A DNA stretch of 63,449 nucleotides, counting the filler, from Globobulimina sp. (Eukaryota), in the NCBI GenBank assembly GCA_003354225.1. It is 31 parts of 31 records of this genome, joined end to end, with 100 filler letters (N's around TTAATTAATTAA, not from the genome) between each part and the next. Parts side by side here need not be neighbours in the genome. Positions count along the whole stretch, not along the records: positions 41,011 to 42,959 come from PIVH01010284.1; positions 43,060 to 45,008 come from PIVH01010285.1; positions 45,109 to 47,057 come from PIVH01010286.1; positions 47,158 to 49,106 come from PIVH01010287.1; positions 49,207 to 51,155 come from PIVH01010288.1; positions 51,256 to 53,204 come from PIVH01010289.1; 25 more parts are not named here. One strand, written 5' to 3'. The notes under the pieces were generated by a model. That model saw only the letters and a program-made list of their open reading frames with translations. It was not told where the DNA came from and ran no database searches. This document shows positions 41,283 through 53,304 of the stretch, in pieces; positions within the stretch are counted from its first letter, which is position 1; every line of letters begins with the position of its first letter. A program made the position numbers and the translations under genes.

Positions 41283-42959
41283 TTAAAAATCTTCACACCA
41301 TTCATACGCAGTAACATCATTCACTAACTTTTCATCAATATATTCATCCTCCGGATAATCATCAAAATGCGTTATATCATTCGCACCATTTATACTCGGG
41401 ACATATGGTGGTGTCATATTTTGTTGTCTCATATCATCCCAATCCAAACCTTGAAACCAGGCATGATTTATTATTTCCTGCGAGCCATTATTTCCATTGT
41501 TATCCGAACCTAACCGCAGATTTGAATCCTTTTCCAACAAACCGGATATTAAATGTTCCACTCTTTCCGTCAATTTTGTGGTTGGTGGGAATTCAACCTC
41601 ATATGTTAGTATTTTTTCATACATTTTTACTTTTCCATCCTGATCATCATCAAATGGCACATAGCCAACAACCATTTCATACATAAATATACCTAATGCC
41701 CACCAATCGATTGCAAAACTTTGCGAATAATTTTGTATGACCTCCGGCGACAAATATTGCGGTGTTCCACACAATGTGCATGAATTATTTTTTTTCTTCG
41801 CAAAGCCAAAATCGACCAGTTTGCAATAACCATTTGATGCAATTAATAAATTCTCGGGTTTGAGGTCGCGATAAATAATATTATTTGTATGTAAATGTTG
41901 GAATGCTAACACAACACAGCAAGTGTAAAAACGTGCAGTTTTCTCACTAAATGTCTTGTTCCATCTGAAAATTAACGAGTTTGTTTATAACACAACAATA
42001 TAAAATCAATCCAAACGTGCTTTCAGCAGATGATACATAGTTAAATTCATATTTGTGCTGTACATAATATTCGGAATTTAGAATGTATGTACATTCGTTT
42101 TCGAATATTATGCACATTCGTCTGCTGAAAGAATGTTTGGATTTCAATAAATACTGTCATGGCATCCCCGTATTATTGTACCTTAACACTGTAAATAGCT
42201 CGCCGCCTAAAATGGCTTCCATTAAAAAATAAATATTTAATTTATCCTGATACACTGCGAATAATTTCACACAAAACGAGGAGGTCAGCAACGATAAAAC
42301 ATATCTTTCATTTCGAATATGTTGTTGTTGGTGGGTTTCGATAATCTTATTTTTGCGTATCTTCTTCAACGAATATGTCATTTGCGTATTGACCGACTTT
42401 ACCAACGAAACGCGACCAAACGAGCCCACGCCTAAAATGCCGATATTTTCAAAATCTGACAATTTGCAGTCAATTAAATTTTTGATTGACCCTCTTTTCA
42501 AATCATTGAGCGACGCGCTGTCGTCGTACGAATTTATTTTTTCTTCGAGTTTTTTACTAATGAATGGATTTGCTAATAACCGCGCAAAATCACTGGATTT
42601 TATAACGTATATCCTGGCACTGGTCGACGTCACAAGTATTGACGCGGCACGTTTCTCCTTCAAAAATATACCCCGTTCGCCAAAAAAATCACCGTCACAA
42701 TATTTCCTCACTATTTTTTCATTCTCATTCATTTTCATCACAGCTTTGGCCGAACCTCTCTTTATTAGATAAAATTCCTTGGCATCGTCCCCCTGTTTAA
42801 TAATCAATGCATTTTTATGATACTTTCTCTCCTCAATTTTCTGCGCCATTGCAACCAAGTCCTCGTGCGGATATTTGTTGAATAATTCGATTTTTTTCAG
42901 AAATTTCACAACTTTATACGTTTTATCGTTGATTTTCTGCGATATTTTCTGTTTTATCT
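41283..42959 (-). CDS. PRKG: cGMP-dependent protein kinase-like (cyclic-nucleotide-binding domain + AGC kinase); intron 42181-41965
   Basis: FFGERG..RAASI; GVGSFG, GGELF, YRDLKPEN, DFGFAK, TLCGTPQY, HFDDY..WCEDF. Confidence 0.9.
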
Positions 42960-43179
42960 NNNNNNNNNNNNNNNNNNNNNNNNNNNNNNNNNNNNNNNNN
43001 NNNTTAATTAATTAANNNNNNNNNNNNNNNNNNNNNNNNNNNNNNNNNNNNNNNNNNNNCCTGTTACACCGAGAGAATGGTGAATTACACATATCAGTTT
43101 ATAGAAAGAAAACAGATAGTGGTAGATACACCCACTATTCATCATGCCAACCGATTCAGCACAAGATTATTTCCATAGA

Positions 43180-44290
43180 CCAGGGGGGGGGTGTAACGAG
43201 GCTATATTACTGAAATATGATGCGAGCCAGCTACTTAAAATTGAATAACTCCTGAAGGGAGAGACCAATCCGAAAACCCTTTGGCACGGATACACTACAC
43301 GTTCACATCTATCTAACCCCGTAATCACAACTTTTCGTAGGTCACGTGACCAACGATGACGTCATCGAACAAAAAAAGCGAATTTTCTCAATTTTTCAAA
43401 ATAGGCTGTAGCCTTGGCCGATTCAGCTAGAAAGCTGAAATTTCTTATGTACATTCTTTTGGCAACTATCTATCTAATGAAACAAACCAGGATTCTCTAC
43501 TACCTTTGGATCCGGAGTTATGACCTTTCAAACATGGGTCACTTTTCTGGTCAAAAATTTCAATATTTTCACGGAAATTTTTTCAAGTTTTTTGACGCTG
43601 CTCGCTCACGAAAAGCACGTTTTGCATCATTTGGGTGACGATTAGAACCGCCATACTGTGCTGCATCCAACGGTGAAAAAATTGGAAAAATTCGACCATC
43701 CGTTGGTCCGTCAGCTTCCGTTGAACAAAGCATGGTACGGTCAAAAAGTCATGACACCCCGTTTTTCTGGCCCGTTTTCGCAAAATCTAGGACCTAAATC
43801 AAAAAACTGCTTTTGCCATTTTTTTCGCCTTTACGAGAGATACATTTTTCACTATTAACATGTGGAATTTGATTACGTTTCACATGTGGACATTTCGTTT
43901 GTTTGAAATCGAACAATTTATTACTATATTCAATACACAAAATACTCATTGAAAATCCTATCAAAAGATGAAATTATCGAATAATGGCCCCAAAAACAGT
44001 CGAAAATGACCAATTCCACCACGCTGAGCACGACTGTGACAGTTCCGAAATCAGTTGACCACTAAAAATATCCCTAATTACATTATTGGTGCCATATTTT
44101 AAGCCAATTCTGGCAGTATTGTTAGTATAAACACAATTTAGGCATTCGAACAACTTTATTCTCTCTAAGTACAATATAACTAGCATATCCTACGTTATTT
44201 ATTGGACAATCAAGTTTCGGAACAGTAACCGACCGCCGTCGACGGTTCGACCCCCGGTGTGAGAACTTTATTTTTATTTTTTTTATATCT
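43180..44290. repeat. Putative non-autonomous interspersed repeat with multiple palindromes
   Basis: No real ORF; perfect palindromes at 43340-43351, 43354-43367 and 44236-44245; ends in a T-rich tract. Confidence 0.35.
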
Positions 44291-44472
44291 ATTAATATTT
44301 TATTTTTAGGCATTCTGCAACAGTTGTACAGTATTGATAACGCTTTGCAAAGGGTTGAAGGGAAGGTTTTATTGTTCAGAAAGAATCAGATATATTATTT
44401 AATACAATGTACTGCATGTATGACATACCAGTTCATTTAACTAAAAAATACTCAGCTAACAATATGGCTGCT

Positions 44473-45008
44473 TCATATACAATACTGCCCATAGAAGTGT
44501 CGATTAAATATTTCGGATTCAATCAAATATGCTATATTCTTGGACCACTCTCCCAGGTTTAACATATTGTTTTCGTTATATAAACAGCTTTGTTCGTAAC
44601 TAGGAATAGTTTGTTGACAGTTGAGCACGTCATTTCTTTTCGAACAGAAATGCATATGGAGAAACATGGCCTTCTCAGCATTCTTTGACATATCACTTCT
44701 GAACTTTATCAGCTCTTCAAAATTATTTCGGATCCATCTAATAAGGAGCGAAATGTTTCCAAGGCAATTTTTTTGGAACGCTTTGACAAGAGCACTATCA
44801 CAGTTGAGTTGAGGGGTTTGTAAATTTAAGCTAACAGATTTTCGAATGAAGTAACCATTAGACTTGTCGCAGTACTCATCTGGTACTTTCACAATATCAC
44901 ATATTTTTGCGCATCGTTCCACACAAACATGGTATGTGCGCATAATATCATTAACACAAATGGCCCTTGCTTCCATGTCATAATATCTGTGATTATTTGA
45001 TGGAGAAA
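44473..45008 (-). CDS. Hypothetical protein fragment
   Basis: 167+ codon ORF, no family recognised. Confidence 0.3.
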
Positions 45009-45434
45009 NNNNNNNNNNNNNNNNNNNNNNNNNNNNNNNNNNNNNNNNNNNNTTAATTAATTAANNNNNNNNNNNNNNNNNNNNNNNNNNNNNNNNNNNN
45101 NNNNNNNNTGGCGTTTCAAGATTTAAATAAGGATTTTAGGCATAAATTTCGACATATTGTACCGATTGGGCCTATTGCCAATTATGATAGTTTTATTAAC
45201 CCAGCAATAACAACCACAGATACTACGACTACTACGACGACGACGACGACCACTAAGAAGAAGAAGGATCAATCGCTGTCACAAACAGCTGCCACAACTA
45301 CCAAGCAATGAATTATTGAATGAATGATTCCAAATTAAATTGACACACATACATATATATATATATATGATATCTTTTTATTTTTTATTCTTATTTTCTT
45401 TTCTTTATATATATAAATTTATAATTAATTTGAA

Positions 45435-46214
45435 TCATTCTAGTTCTTTATAGCTGATATTTTTTTGTGCAAACAACGAACAAGATTTGATGCGCAGATA
45501 TTTCGACGCGATTATGTTTATACTATCTCTCAATGCATTCATTGTTACCGTTTTCTGCACATCAATTATTTTACCATTAATCCCAATATTTCCACTGCTT
45601 ATTTTACAGTGGTTACCAATAATCAATGAATCTGTTACAATCAGTATAATATTACTGTTTTCTGATTCTTTTTCCTCACAGGTTATTATATTTGCATCAG
45701 ATTCCATTATCAAACTCTTACATTTTATATAAATATTGCCATATTTTTCAGTCTTAATTACAGCAAAAGATTTCATTTTAATATCACCGAATACATTTAT
45801 GATGACATTGCCATAAGATATTCTTTTATCCACTCGAATAGTAGAATATTGTGCCATTATTAAATCACCCAATATTGTTATTTTTAACGTTGGTTGAGTA
45901 CAAATGATATATCCATCTGTTGCAATGTAAACACTATCAAATATATGTTCTTTTGAATCACATATTACATAAATTGAATTCCTATTTTGCAATTCAAGGG
46001 GCGGATATGCATATAAATCACAATATTTGCAACATAATTTTATTACTTCCTCAGGTATTACATATCTATCATTTACATGGATTCTCCAATAATTTGATAT
46101 TAACATATATTTATCTGCTACCACTGAATGCACTGATGGCAAATTATGATTAGCCACCATATTGTCAATATCATCTGCTCGACGTGACACTAAACATGAG
46201 ACCGATCTACCCAT
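45435..46214 (-). CDS. Hypothetical protein with IPxxVIxLCxxY motif and beta-helix-like Ile-rich repeats
   Basis: Complete 259-aa ORF; periodic G(N/D)IxI strands. Confidence 0.6.
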   Translation of the reverse strand: MGRSVSCLVSRRADDIDNMVANHNLPSVHSVVADKYMLISNYWRIHVNDRYVIPEEVIKLCCKYCDLYAYPPLELQNRNSIYVICDSKEHIFDSVYIATDGYIICTQPTLKITILGDLIMAQYSTIRVDKRISYGNVIINVFGDIKMKSFAVIKTEKYGNIYIKCKSLIMESDANIITCEEKESENSNIILIVTDSLIIGNHCKISSGNIGINGKIIDVQKTVTMNALRDSINIIASKYLRIKSCSLFAQKNISYKELE

Positions 46215-46441
46215 TGTACGCTACAATTGTGCTTTATCTGTCTTGTCCTTGCACTCTGGTTAGCTTGATCGATATGGCAAACATAAAACACACAGCACAC
46301 TCAAATGCGCTGAATATAATGTTCCAATTATTGTTTTAATAAAAAAGTCAATATTTGCAACAAAAAGCAATCACAGTGAAAAAATGTAAAAGATACAATT
46401 AGAAATTTAGAAAACAATCCATGCGATTTTGCGAATGGGAT

Positions 46442-46873
46442 CTAAATATGAAGCATTTTAATAAATTCATCTTTTGATAATTTACCGTTGGTACCGGCTA
46501 TATCCATAATTTCATCCAATTCCTCCTCAGTACATTTTTCTCCAATGGATACAAAAAAGTCTCTTAAATGATGCTTTGTAATTTTAGGAGCTTCTTCAGC
46601 AATAATTTCAAATGCTGTATTTATTTCTTTTTCTAACTCATTTTGATCTTTATGGCCAAACATTTGTAAAAATTGATCATATTTAACTTTACCATCTTTA
46701 GTTCCCGTTGCTACCAATATCAAATCCTGAACCTGTTGATCGTTAAAACCAAATTTTAATGCGCGAAATTGTTCTGTTAAATCAACGTACGACAATGAAC
46801 CATCTTTATCTTTGTCCAATAAACCAAATCCTGCCGTAAATTCACGTTTTTCGTATTCTGTTAGTCCTGACAT
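46442..46873 (-). CDS. Calmodulin/centrin-like EF-hand protein
   Basis: LTEYEKREF..F.LLDKDKDGSL, EKCTEEELDEIM, NGKLSKDEFIKML. Confidence 0.88.
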   Translation of the reverse strand: MSGLTEYEKREFTAGFGLLDKDKDGSLSYVDLTEQFRALKFGFNDQQVQDLILVATGTKDGKVKYDQFLQMFGHKDQNELEKEINTAFEIIAEEAPKITKHHLRDFFVSIGEKCTEEELDEIMDIAGTNGKLSKDEFIKMLHI

Positions 46874-47157
46874 TAATATATATGCTATGTTTTATGTGTA
46901 ACAAAGAGGCCCAAAAACAGTACTGGTACAATGGCTGAGAGAAAGGAAAATGTTGAAGGTTGAATTTTGTGATATTCTATGAATTTTGTGTGTTCAACGT
47001 TAGAAATATTGTTATTGATATTCAGACAGTAAAGCGATGCAAATTATAAATCAATTANNNNNNNNNNNNNNNNNNNNNNNNNNNNNNNNNNNNNNNNNNN
47101 NTTAATTAATTAANNNNNNNNNNNNNNNNNNNNNNNNNNNNNNNNNNNNNNNNNNNN

Positions 47158-48892
47158 GGATTCATTGGCGATCAAAGCATGTGTCATAACCAATGAATTT
47201 GATAAAGGAAAAACAATTCATTCTGAAATGGATGCAAATAATAATGATTTATGCACTAACACCGCATTGATAGAATTTTATGGCCATTTTGGTGATGTCA
47301 AGAAGGCGTTGAATATATTTGAGTCAATACTGGCACAACGCAAAAATAGCATTGTTGTCGGAGCTGTTATGAAGATATTAATCAATAATCAGCAAAATGA
47401 CAAAGCATTGGAATTATACAATCAATACAAACATTTGCATAATGATACTATCCACAATCTGGCACTTACCGCATGTATCAAGTCGAATAATTTTGAAGTT
47501 GGAGAAGAAATTCATAAAATTTCAAGCACAAACAACATTCACTTAAAATGCACATTAATTGATTTTTATGGTCACTCTGCAAAAATGGATGATGCTCAAT
47601 ATGTATTTGATAGCATTGATAGGTTTGATATGAATGCTGTTTGTATTGGATCAATGATGAAAGCATATATTGAGAACAATGGAAATGAGAGAGCTTTAAA
47701 TTTGTACAATTCTGCCACTATTCAAACGAATGACATTTGCCATATGTTAGCTATCAAAGCCTACATTAATTTGAATGCGTGGACTGAATGTAGGCAGTTT
47801 ATTGCATCTCTGCATATCGACAAAAACAGTCATATTCCATTGAAAAATGCAATTATTAAATTTTATGGACAGTCATCAGATATAAACAGCGCAGAGAAAA
47901 TATTTGCGTTAATTGAGCAGTTTAATATATTCAGCTTTTGTCATATGATGAAGGCATATATTCATAATGATGATAACCAGAAAGCTTTGAACTTATACGA
48001 TTGCATTGATTGCCATAACGATATCAGTCATTTGCTGGCTCTCAAAGCCTGTGTAGGTACAAACAATTTAGATAAAGGCAGAATTATTTATGACAGCTTA
48101 GCGGAGAAAAGAATGAGCAATGAGTTGAAACATACTTTGATTGCATTTTTTGGACATTTTGGGGACATTGATTCTGCCATAAATATATTCTCATCCATTC
48201 AAGATGCAAAAAAAAGCATTATCACTTTCAATTCACTGATGGCGGCTTATTCCAATAATAAAATGAACTGGGAATGTTACAGATTGTTTGACAATTTGCG
48301 GACTGATTATGTCAATGTGAAACCAGACTGTATTTCATACGCAATAATGTTGAAAGTTTGTGCACGAGAACCATTCATTCGATTTGGTGAATATATTTAT
48401 GAGAAACTGCAATGCGATGACAATCAATATATATTAAAAGATCTATCGGTTCAAATCAATCTGATAAATATGTTCGGAGTGTTTGGAATGCTGAATGTCT
48501 GTGAAACGATTTTCAAACAAATCAAAGAGAGAGAATATGAGAAATATTGCAATGAGATTATTGTGTGGAATGCTATGATGAATGCTTATGGCAAACAGCC
48601 GGATTCTATCAAAGTATTGCAGCTATTGCATGAAATGCAGCAAATCAATTTAATTCCAACCAAAACTACATACATAACATTGATAAATGCGCTAAGTCAT
48701 TGTGGCGATGTAGATCAAGCCATTGTTATTTGGAAAACTCAAATCATAGATACAAATATAAAATATGATCATGTTTTGATCACAACATTGGTTGATTGCA
48801 TGGCTCGGAATGGGAACTTAAAACTCGCCAACGAATTGATTACAGAATACGAAAAATTCAATGAAGCGATACCCAGCCCCTTGCGTAGATAG
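47158..48892 (+). CDS. Pentatricopeptide repeat (PPR) protein fragment
   Basis: Repeats such as LIEFYGHFGDVKKALNIF, VWNAMMNAYG, TYITLINALSHCGDVDQA. Confidence 0.9.
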
Positions 48893-48959
48893 CTACCTGT
48901 AGCTGTTTTTTTTTTAACTTCTTGAACTAACTTCTTTTTAAAAGATTGCCGGAGAATTT

Positions 48960-49106
48960 GCTGCTATTACTAACATTATCACATCTACTAACTACCCTAC
49001 TACCATTACTACCACCACTGCCACTGCTACTACTACCACTGCCACTGCTACTACTACCACTGCTACTACTACCACTGCTACTACTACCACTACTACTACT
49101 ACCACT
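48960..49106. repeat. (CTA/CCA/CTG)n microsatellite
   Basis: ctactaccactg.. run to the contig end. Confidence 0.9.
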
Positions 49107-49206
49107 NNNNNNNNNNNNNNNNNNNNNNNNNNNNNNNNNNNNNNNNNNNNTTAATTAATTAANNNNNNNNNNNNNNNNNNNNNNNNNNNNNNNNNNNNNN
49201 NNNNNN

Positions 49207-51155
49207 AATTATTATAAAAATAATATCTCCAACAAACCATACCATATCATCTGGAAACACATAATACGCGATGACAGCTGGATAATATCCAAGATGCATC
49301 ACATGTGCCTGATGTACGGCAAACCATTGCAGATTGTGTCCCATCTGCGGTACCTAGGCGCCCATCTCTGTTCAGATGACATAGACAATCTGGTATCCAC
49401 TAGCTGTACCAACGCTGTGTTCCTAAACAAACTTGACCAGAAAGCGAGGATGCTCGGTAAGCTGGATTTTAATCATAGTTTTATTTCACTAAGTGACAAA
49501 ATACGCATTTTAAAAACGTTTTATCTCGTTTACACAGAGATATTTGCACAAGTCCTTGACTGTAAAGCAATTAACCTGCTATCTGCCCTTGAAAAACAGA
49601 TAAAAGTAATTCACAAACAAACACAAATCACAAATTTCAAATTCAAACAGTTCTCAATCTTTTCCGGCATCCCTTCTCCATCCGAAAGATGGGTGGTCTT
49701 AAAACTCGCCTTCTATTGGAAATTGACAAAAAACAAACCAATCTCCTATATGCATATATGGAGCAGTTTGCCGAATATCCTCAATTATACTCTATATAAA
49801 CAATACCATGACTTAAAAAATGAATGGCTCCCAAATGAAATCCAATTAATTGAAGGTGCCCCCACAAACATTGACATTTTTGAAACAGTTACTGGTCCAT
49901 CGTAACTACGCCCAATTATCGTAAAAAATCAACACATTAAAATAGTCAATTCGTTCCATGATTACCACCCCCTTAAAATCCTCCAACACCATCTCTCTGA
50001 CTACAAAGCAATGAATACGTACGAGCTTCCAGACTTGGATGACTTTGTCAAGGCCCGTATGATCCCATTATACCGAGAATTATTCTACTTTTTCAATCAA
50101 AAAAGCAATTTCTGTAAACTCTGTGCCAAGAATACAACCATCCCAATAGAAACACATCTATGTATCCAATGCCCAATCCTACAAAATCTCCGATATATTT
50201 ACTGGAATCATGCGCGCGCAGAGTTTGCCAAATTAGGCTCCAAAATCAATAGATTCCATAACCAAATATTCATGCAACGCCTAATTGAGTTTTGTGAGGA
50301 TGTCAGAGTGGATAATAACATACTTTGGCAAATCATTTGTGGCGCTAATTGTTACCATGAGGAATTGATGCGGTTCACATACAATCACTCCAATATAGAC
50401 ATATCTCATTCTAAAAATGCCCTGTACAAAAGTATCATCTCACAGACACATAGGTACATTGACACAGTTTACCGCATCCATAACAATGAGATCTCATTGA
50501 ATTACTGCCTCAATCAACACAGCTATGTACCCAAACACCTGATACTGCATCATATCAGAAATGATTCCATCATTGATTGGAATAATTATAGGCACAAAAT
50601 AAGATCCAATGACATCATAATCTCCACTGACTCCTCCAGTGAGAACAACAGGACAGGAATTGGCATAATGATAAAAGACAACCATAAAATTCACTGCTAT
50701 GCCCAACCAATTGGCTCCCAAACCAACCACTATGGTGAACTTCTTGCAATTGGCAAATCCAAGTTCCTGTTAAACCATTGTAAAATACAAACAGCAAATA
50801 GACGCATAATACTATTCACTGATTCCATGACCAATTTCCTTTCCCTAATCAACACACCCAAAAATATCAAGAAATTAATGTACGTTGACCTATTTAAAAC
50901 CACACAGAAACACATTATTGATTTACAAATAATACTCTGGAAAATCAAAGCACACACTAAACCCAGAGAGCAAGTCTTCAACTGCATTGCTGACAGATTA
51001 GCGTATGTTGGACGACAGCACCCAAATAATAGCAATCTCATTATACCTTCAATTAATTCCACATCATTTGCCAAATATAAATGCTTCACCCTTTCACCCG
51101 AACCGAGTTTCGGGTTCATATACTCCCTCGCAGGGTTGTTCCAGCAATCTGTGAG
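49207..51155 (+). mobile_element. Non-LTR retrotransposon ORF2 3' part: RT thumb, CCHC knuckle, RNase H; one in-frame TAA at 49903-49905
   Basis: RYLGAHL; CKLC-x10-H-x4-C; RNase H ISTDSS, NHYGELLAI, ILFTDS, KIKAH, NCIADRLA; intronless. Confidence 0.85.
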
Positions 51156-51336
51156 NNNNNNNNNNNNNNNNNNNNNNNNNNNNNNNNNNNNNNNNNNNNT
51201 TAATTAATTAANNNNNNNNNNNNNNNNNNNNNNNNNNNNNNNNNNNNNNNNNNNNAATTCGCTGAGTGCCATGACGAAAGCAAAATGTTATGTTTCTAAA
51301 TGACAAAAGTTTTTTTTTCTTCAATTATCAAAGCGT

Positions 51337-52998
51337 TCATTGAAGAAATGAACTAAAAGCAAAAACCCTAATGTACCGAGCCTGACCGATCAAACTCTGC
51401 TTGTTCGCCCAGGTCGTGGTCAATATGCCATTAAGCGCATTTTGTAATATTTCCTGTTGTTGGTGCATGAAACTCAAAATCGAGGGCATTTTGTGCAGAA
51501 TTTGCGCCATTTCCACTTTAATTTCATTATTCTGCGCTCTTTGCAAAGCGACTTCGATCGCCGACATTGATAATTTCTTTGGAAAACGTGGCTGATTTTG
51601 CAACAATATCTGTAACTGAATCTTGTCATATTGACCTTGCAATTCTTGCAATTTATTATAAAACGATTGCACATTGCTGTAATTTGTAAAAGTGTCCATC
51701 AATATCTTCGTCACATTGTTATAATCGCACAATATCTCAAAATATCTGCGTACTTCTACCAAATTACTATTTGTATCCGCATCCTCGAAATTTGCCCATA
51801 CCACACATTCGCAGGCATGGCATAAATGATTTAGCTCTTCTTGCGACAGTACGTTCGCTGCCAATTTGGGAAATCTAGCATGCAGTTTCCGTACTAATTC
51901 ATTGGTGTATCCACCCAAAATCTGCCCAAAACGGTCAATGAATGTCTCCCGCATACCGCGCATAGTCGTATTGCAAGCAATTTTTACTATTCCTGCATCC
52001 GTGGATTTGCTCAGTATTTCATAATTTTTGCCACTGCGATCTGTAAACAATTCCTGTTCATTATACTCATTGTCGACATACACGGCATTCACTTTGGCGG
52101 TCAATGCACGCAAAATGTCCTCAAACCATGTCAACGAGAACCGAAACTCGAACCATTTATTCGCCACTGGACAGTCGCAAAACTGCGCGAAATGTTTATG
52201 GCAGCAAACCTGCGAAGGGTCGCATTGACAGCGCACGCAGGCAATGTACAAACAACTGTGACATTTCGCGCACTCTGCGTCTTCATACTTGGCCTCATCC
52301 AAATATTTATCCTCTCCCTCCATCCGACCCGTACCATCCGCAGTGTCTTCGTCGTCCGTTTTGGGTTTGACCCATTGAGTGGCATCGTACTGCCACATCC
52401 GGCCACGGGTCACGTTGGCGGACAGCATAGTTTCTATAAACTCATAATGCGACTTATAAACAAATACAAACGGTTCAAACAACCATTTCAAAGTCGGCAA
52501 GTCCAGCACTTCCAACTTCGAACACAAATTACAGACTAACTCATTGTGAGCAAAAGCGTGCCTTCGCCCAAAGAGTTTGTATCGTTCAGCGCATTTCAGG
52601 CCGAATGAGAGCCAGTCCGCAGTGCAAAAGTTGACTGCTTCCGCCACATTGAAACCTAAATTGAACCCACAATGATAAGCTTGCGGGAAAGTGATGACAA
52701 ACTCGCCCGCATTCTGCCGGGCTTTGTAGATGGGCACATTGTACTTTTTATGCAGCACCAACGGCGAGATAAGCGTCACCAAATCGAACTGTTCAAATTT
52801 GCCGTCGAGAAACTGCTTGGAATTCATAGCTCGCTCCGCCAGATCCGCAGACAACGCAGGAATGCCATACCATTGCTTGACAGCGCCGCAATGGTTATAA
52901 TTGACAGAGTATGCGTAGTGGTCTTCGTAATGCCAACCAAATGAAGTGAATAACATTCTGACGTAAATCCACGGATAAGTCATGCCAGAAATGTCCAT
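51337..52998 (-). CDS. KDM5: JmjC histone demethylase of KDM5/JARID1 type with C5HC2 zinc finger (fragment)
   Basis: DISGM.PW, WHYEDHY.YSVNY, KQWYGIP, QNAGEFVITFPQAYHCGFNLGFNVAEAVNF; CAKC..CQC..CHKH..CDC. Confidence 0.9.
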   Translation of the reverse strand: MDISGMTYPWIYVRMLFTSFGWHYEDHYAYSVNYNHCGAVKQWYGIPALSADLAERAMNSKQFLDGKFEQFDLVTLISPLVLHKKYNVPIYKARQNAGEFVITFPQAYHCGFNLGFNVAEAVNFCTADWLSFGLKCAERYKLFGRRHAFAHNELVCNLCSKLEVLDLPTLKWLFEPFVFVYKSHYEFIETMLSANVTRGRMWQYDATQWVKPKTDDEDTADGTGRMEGEDKYLDEAKYEDAECAKCHSCLYIACVRCQCDPSQVCCHKHFAQFCDCPVANKWFEFRFSLTWFEDILRALTAKVNAVYVDNEYNEQELFTDRSGKNYEILSKSTDAGIVKIACNTTMRGMRETFIDRFGQILGGYTNELVRKLHARFPKLAANVLSQEELNHLCHACECVVWANFEDADTNSNLVEVRRYFEILCDYNNVTKILMDTFTNYSNVQSFYNKLQELQGQYDKIQLQILLQNQPRFPKKLSMSAIEVALQRAQNNEIKVEMAQILHKMPSILSFMHQQQEILQNALNGILTTTWANKQSLIGQARYIRVFAFSSFLQ

Positions 52999-53080
52999 TC
53001 CGTGATTCCATCCAAATACCCATAATAAATACCATAATATACATATAATAATACCATAATAAATACCAAATAATTTGTTG

Positions 53081-53151
53081 GGGCTGCCTCAGGCTTTGAA
53101 CCTGAATCTTCTGGATATATCTATCCAGTGCTCTACTTGAGCTAGGCAGGA
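53081..53151 (-). other. tRNA-like element (pseudo-tRNA or tRNA-derived SINE head)
   Basis: TAGCTCAAGTAGAGCA D-arm/A-box, CTGGA/TCCAG stem, TCAGG-TTCAAAG-CCTGA T-arm, 5/7 acceptor pairs; D-loop lacks GG and the anticodon loop is 8 nt. Confidence 0.7.
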
Positions 53152-53304
53152 GTTTGTGGACTGTGCATTGGATTGAGATTGCATTTGTAATTCGCTGAGT
53201 GCCANNNNNNNNNNNNNNNNNNNNNNNNNNNNNNNNNNNNNNNNNNNNTTAATTAATTAANNNNNNNNNNNNNNNNNNNNNNNNNNNNNNNNNNNNNNNN
53301 NNNN

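Noticed and set aside
53081-53151. Functional tRNA gene
   Set aside because: No D-loop GG, 8-nt anticodon loop, and two acceptor-stem mismatches
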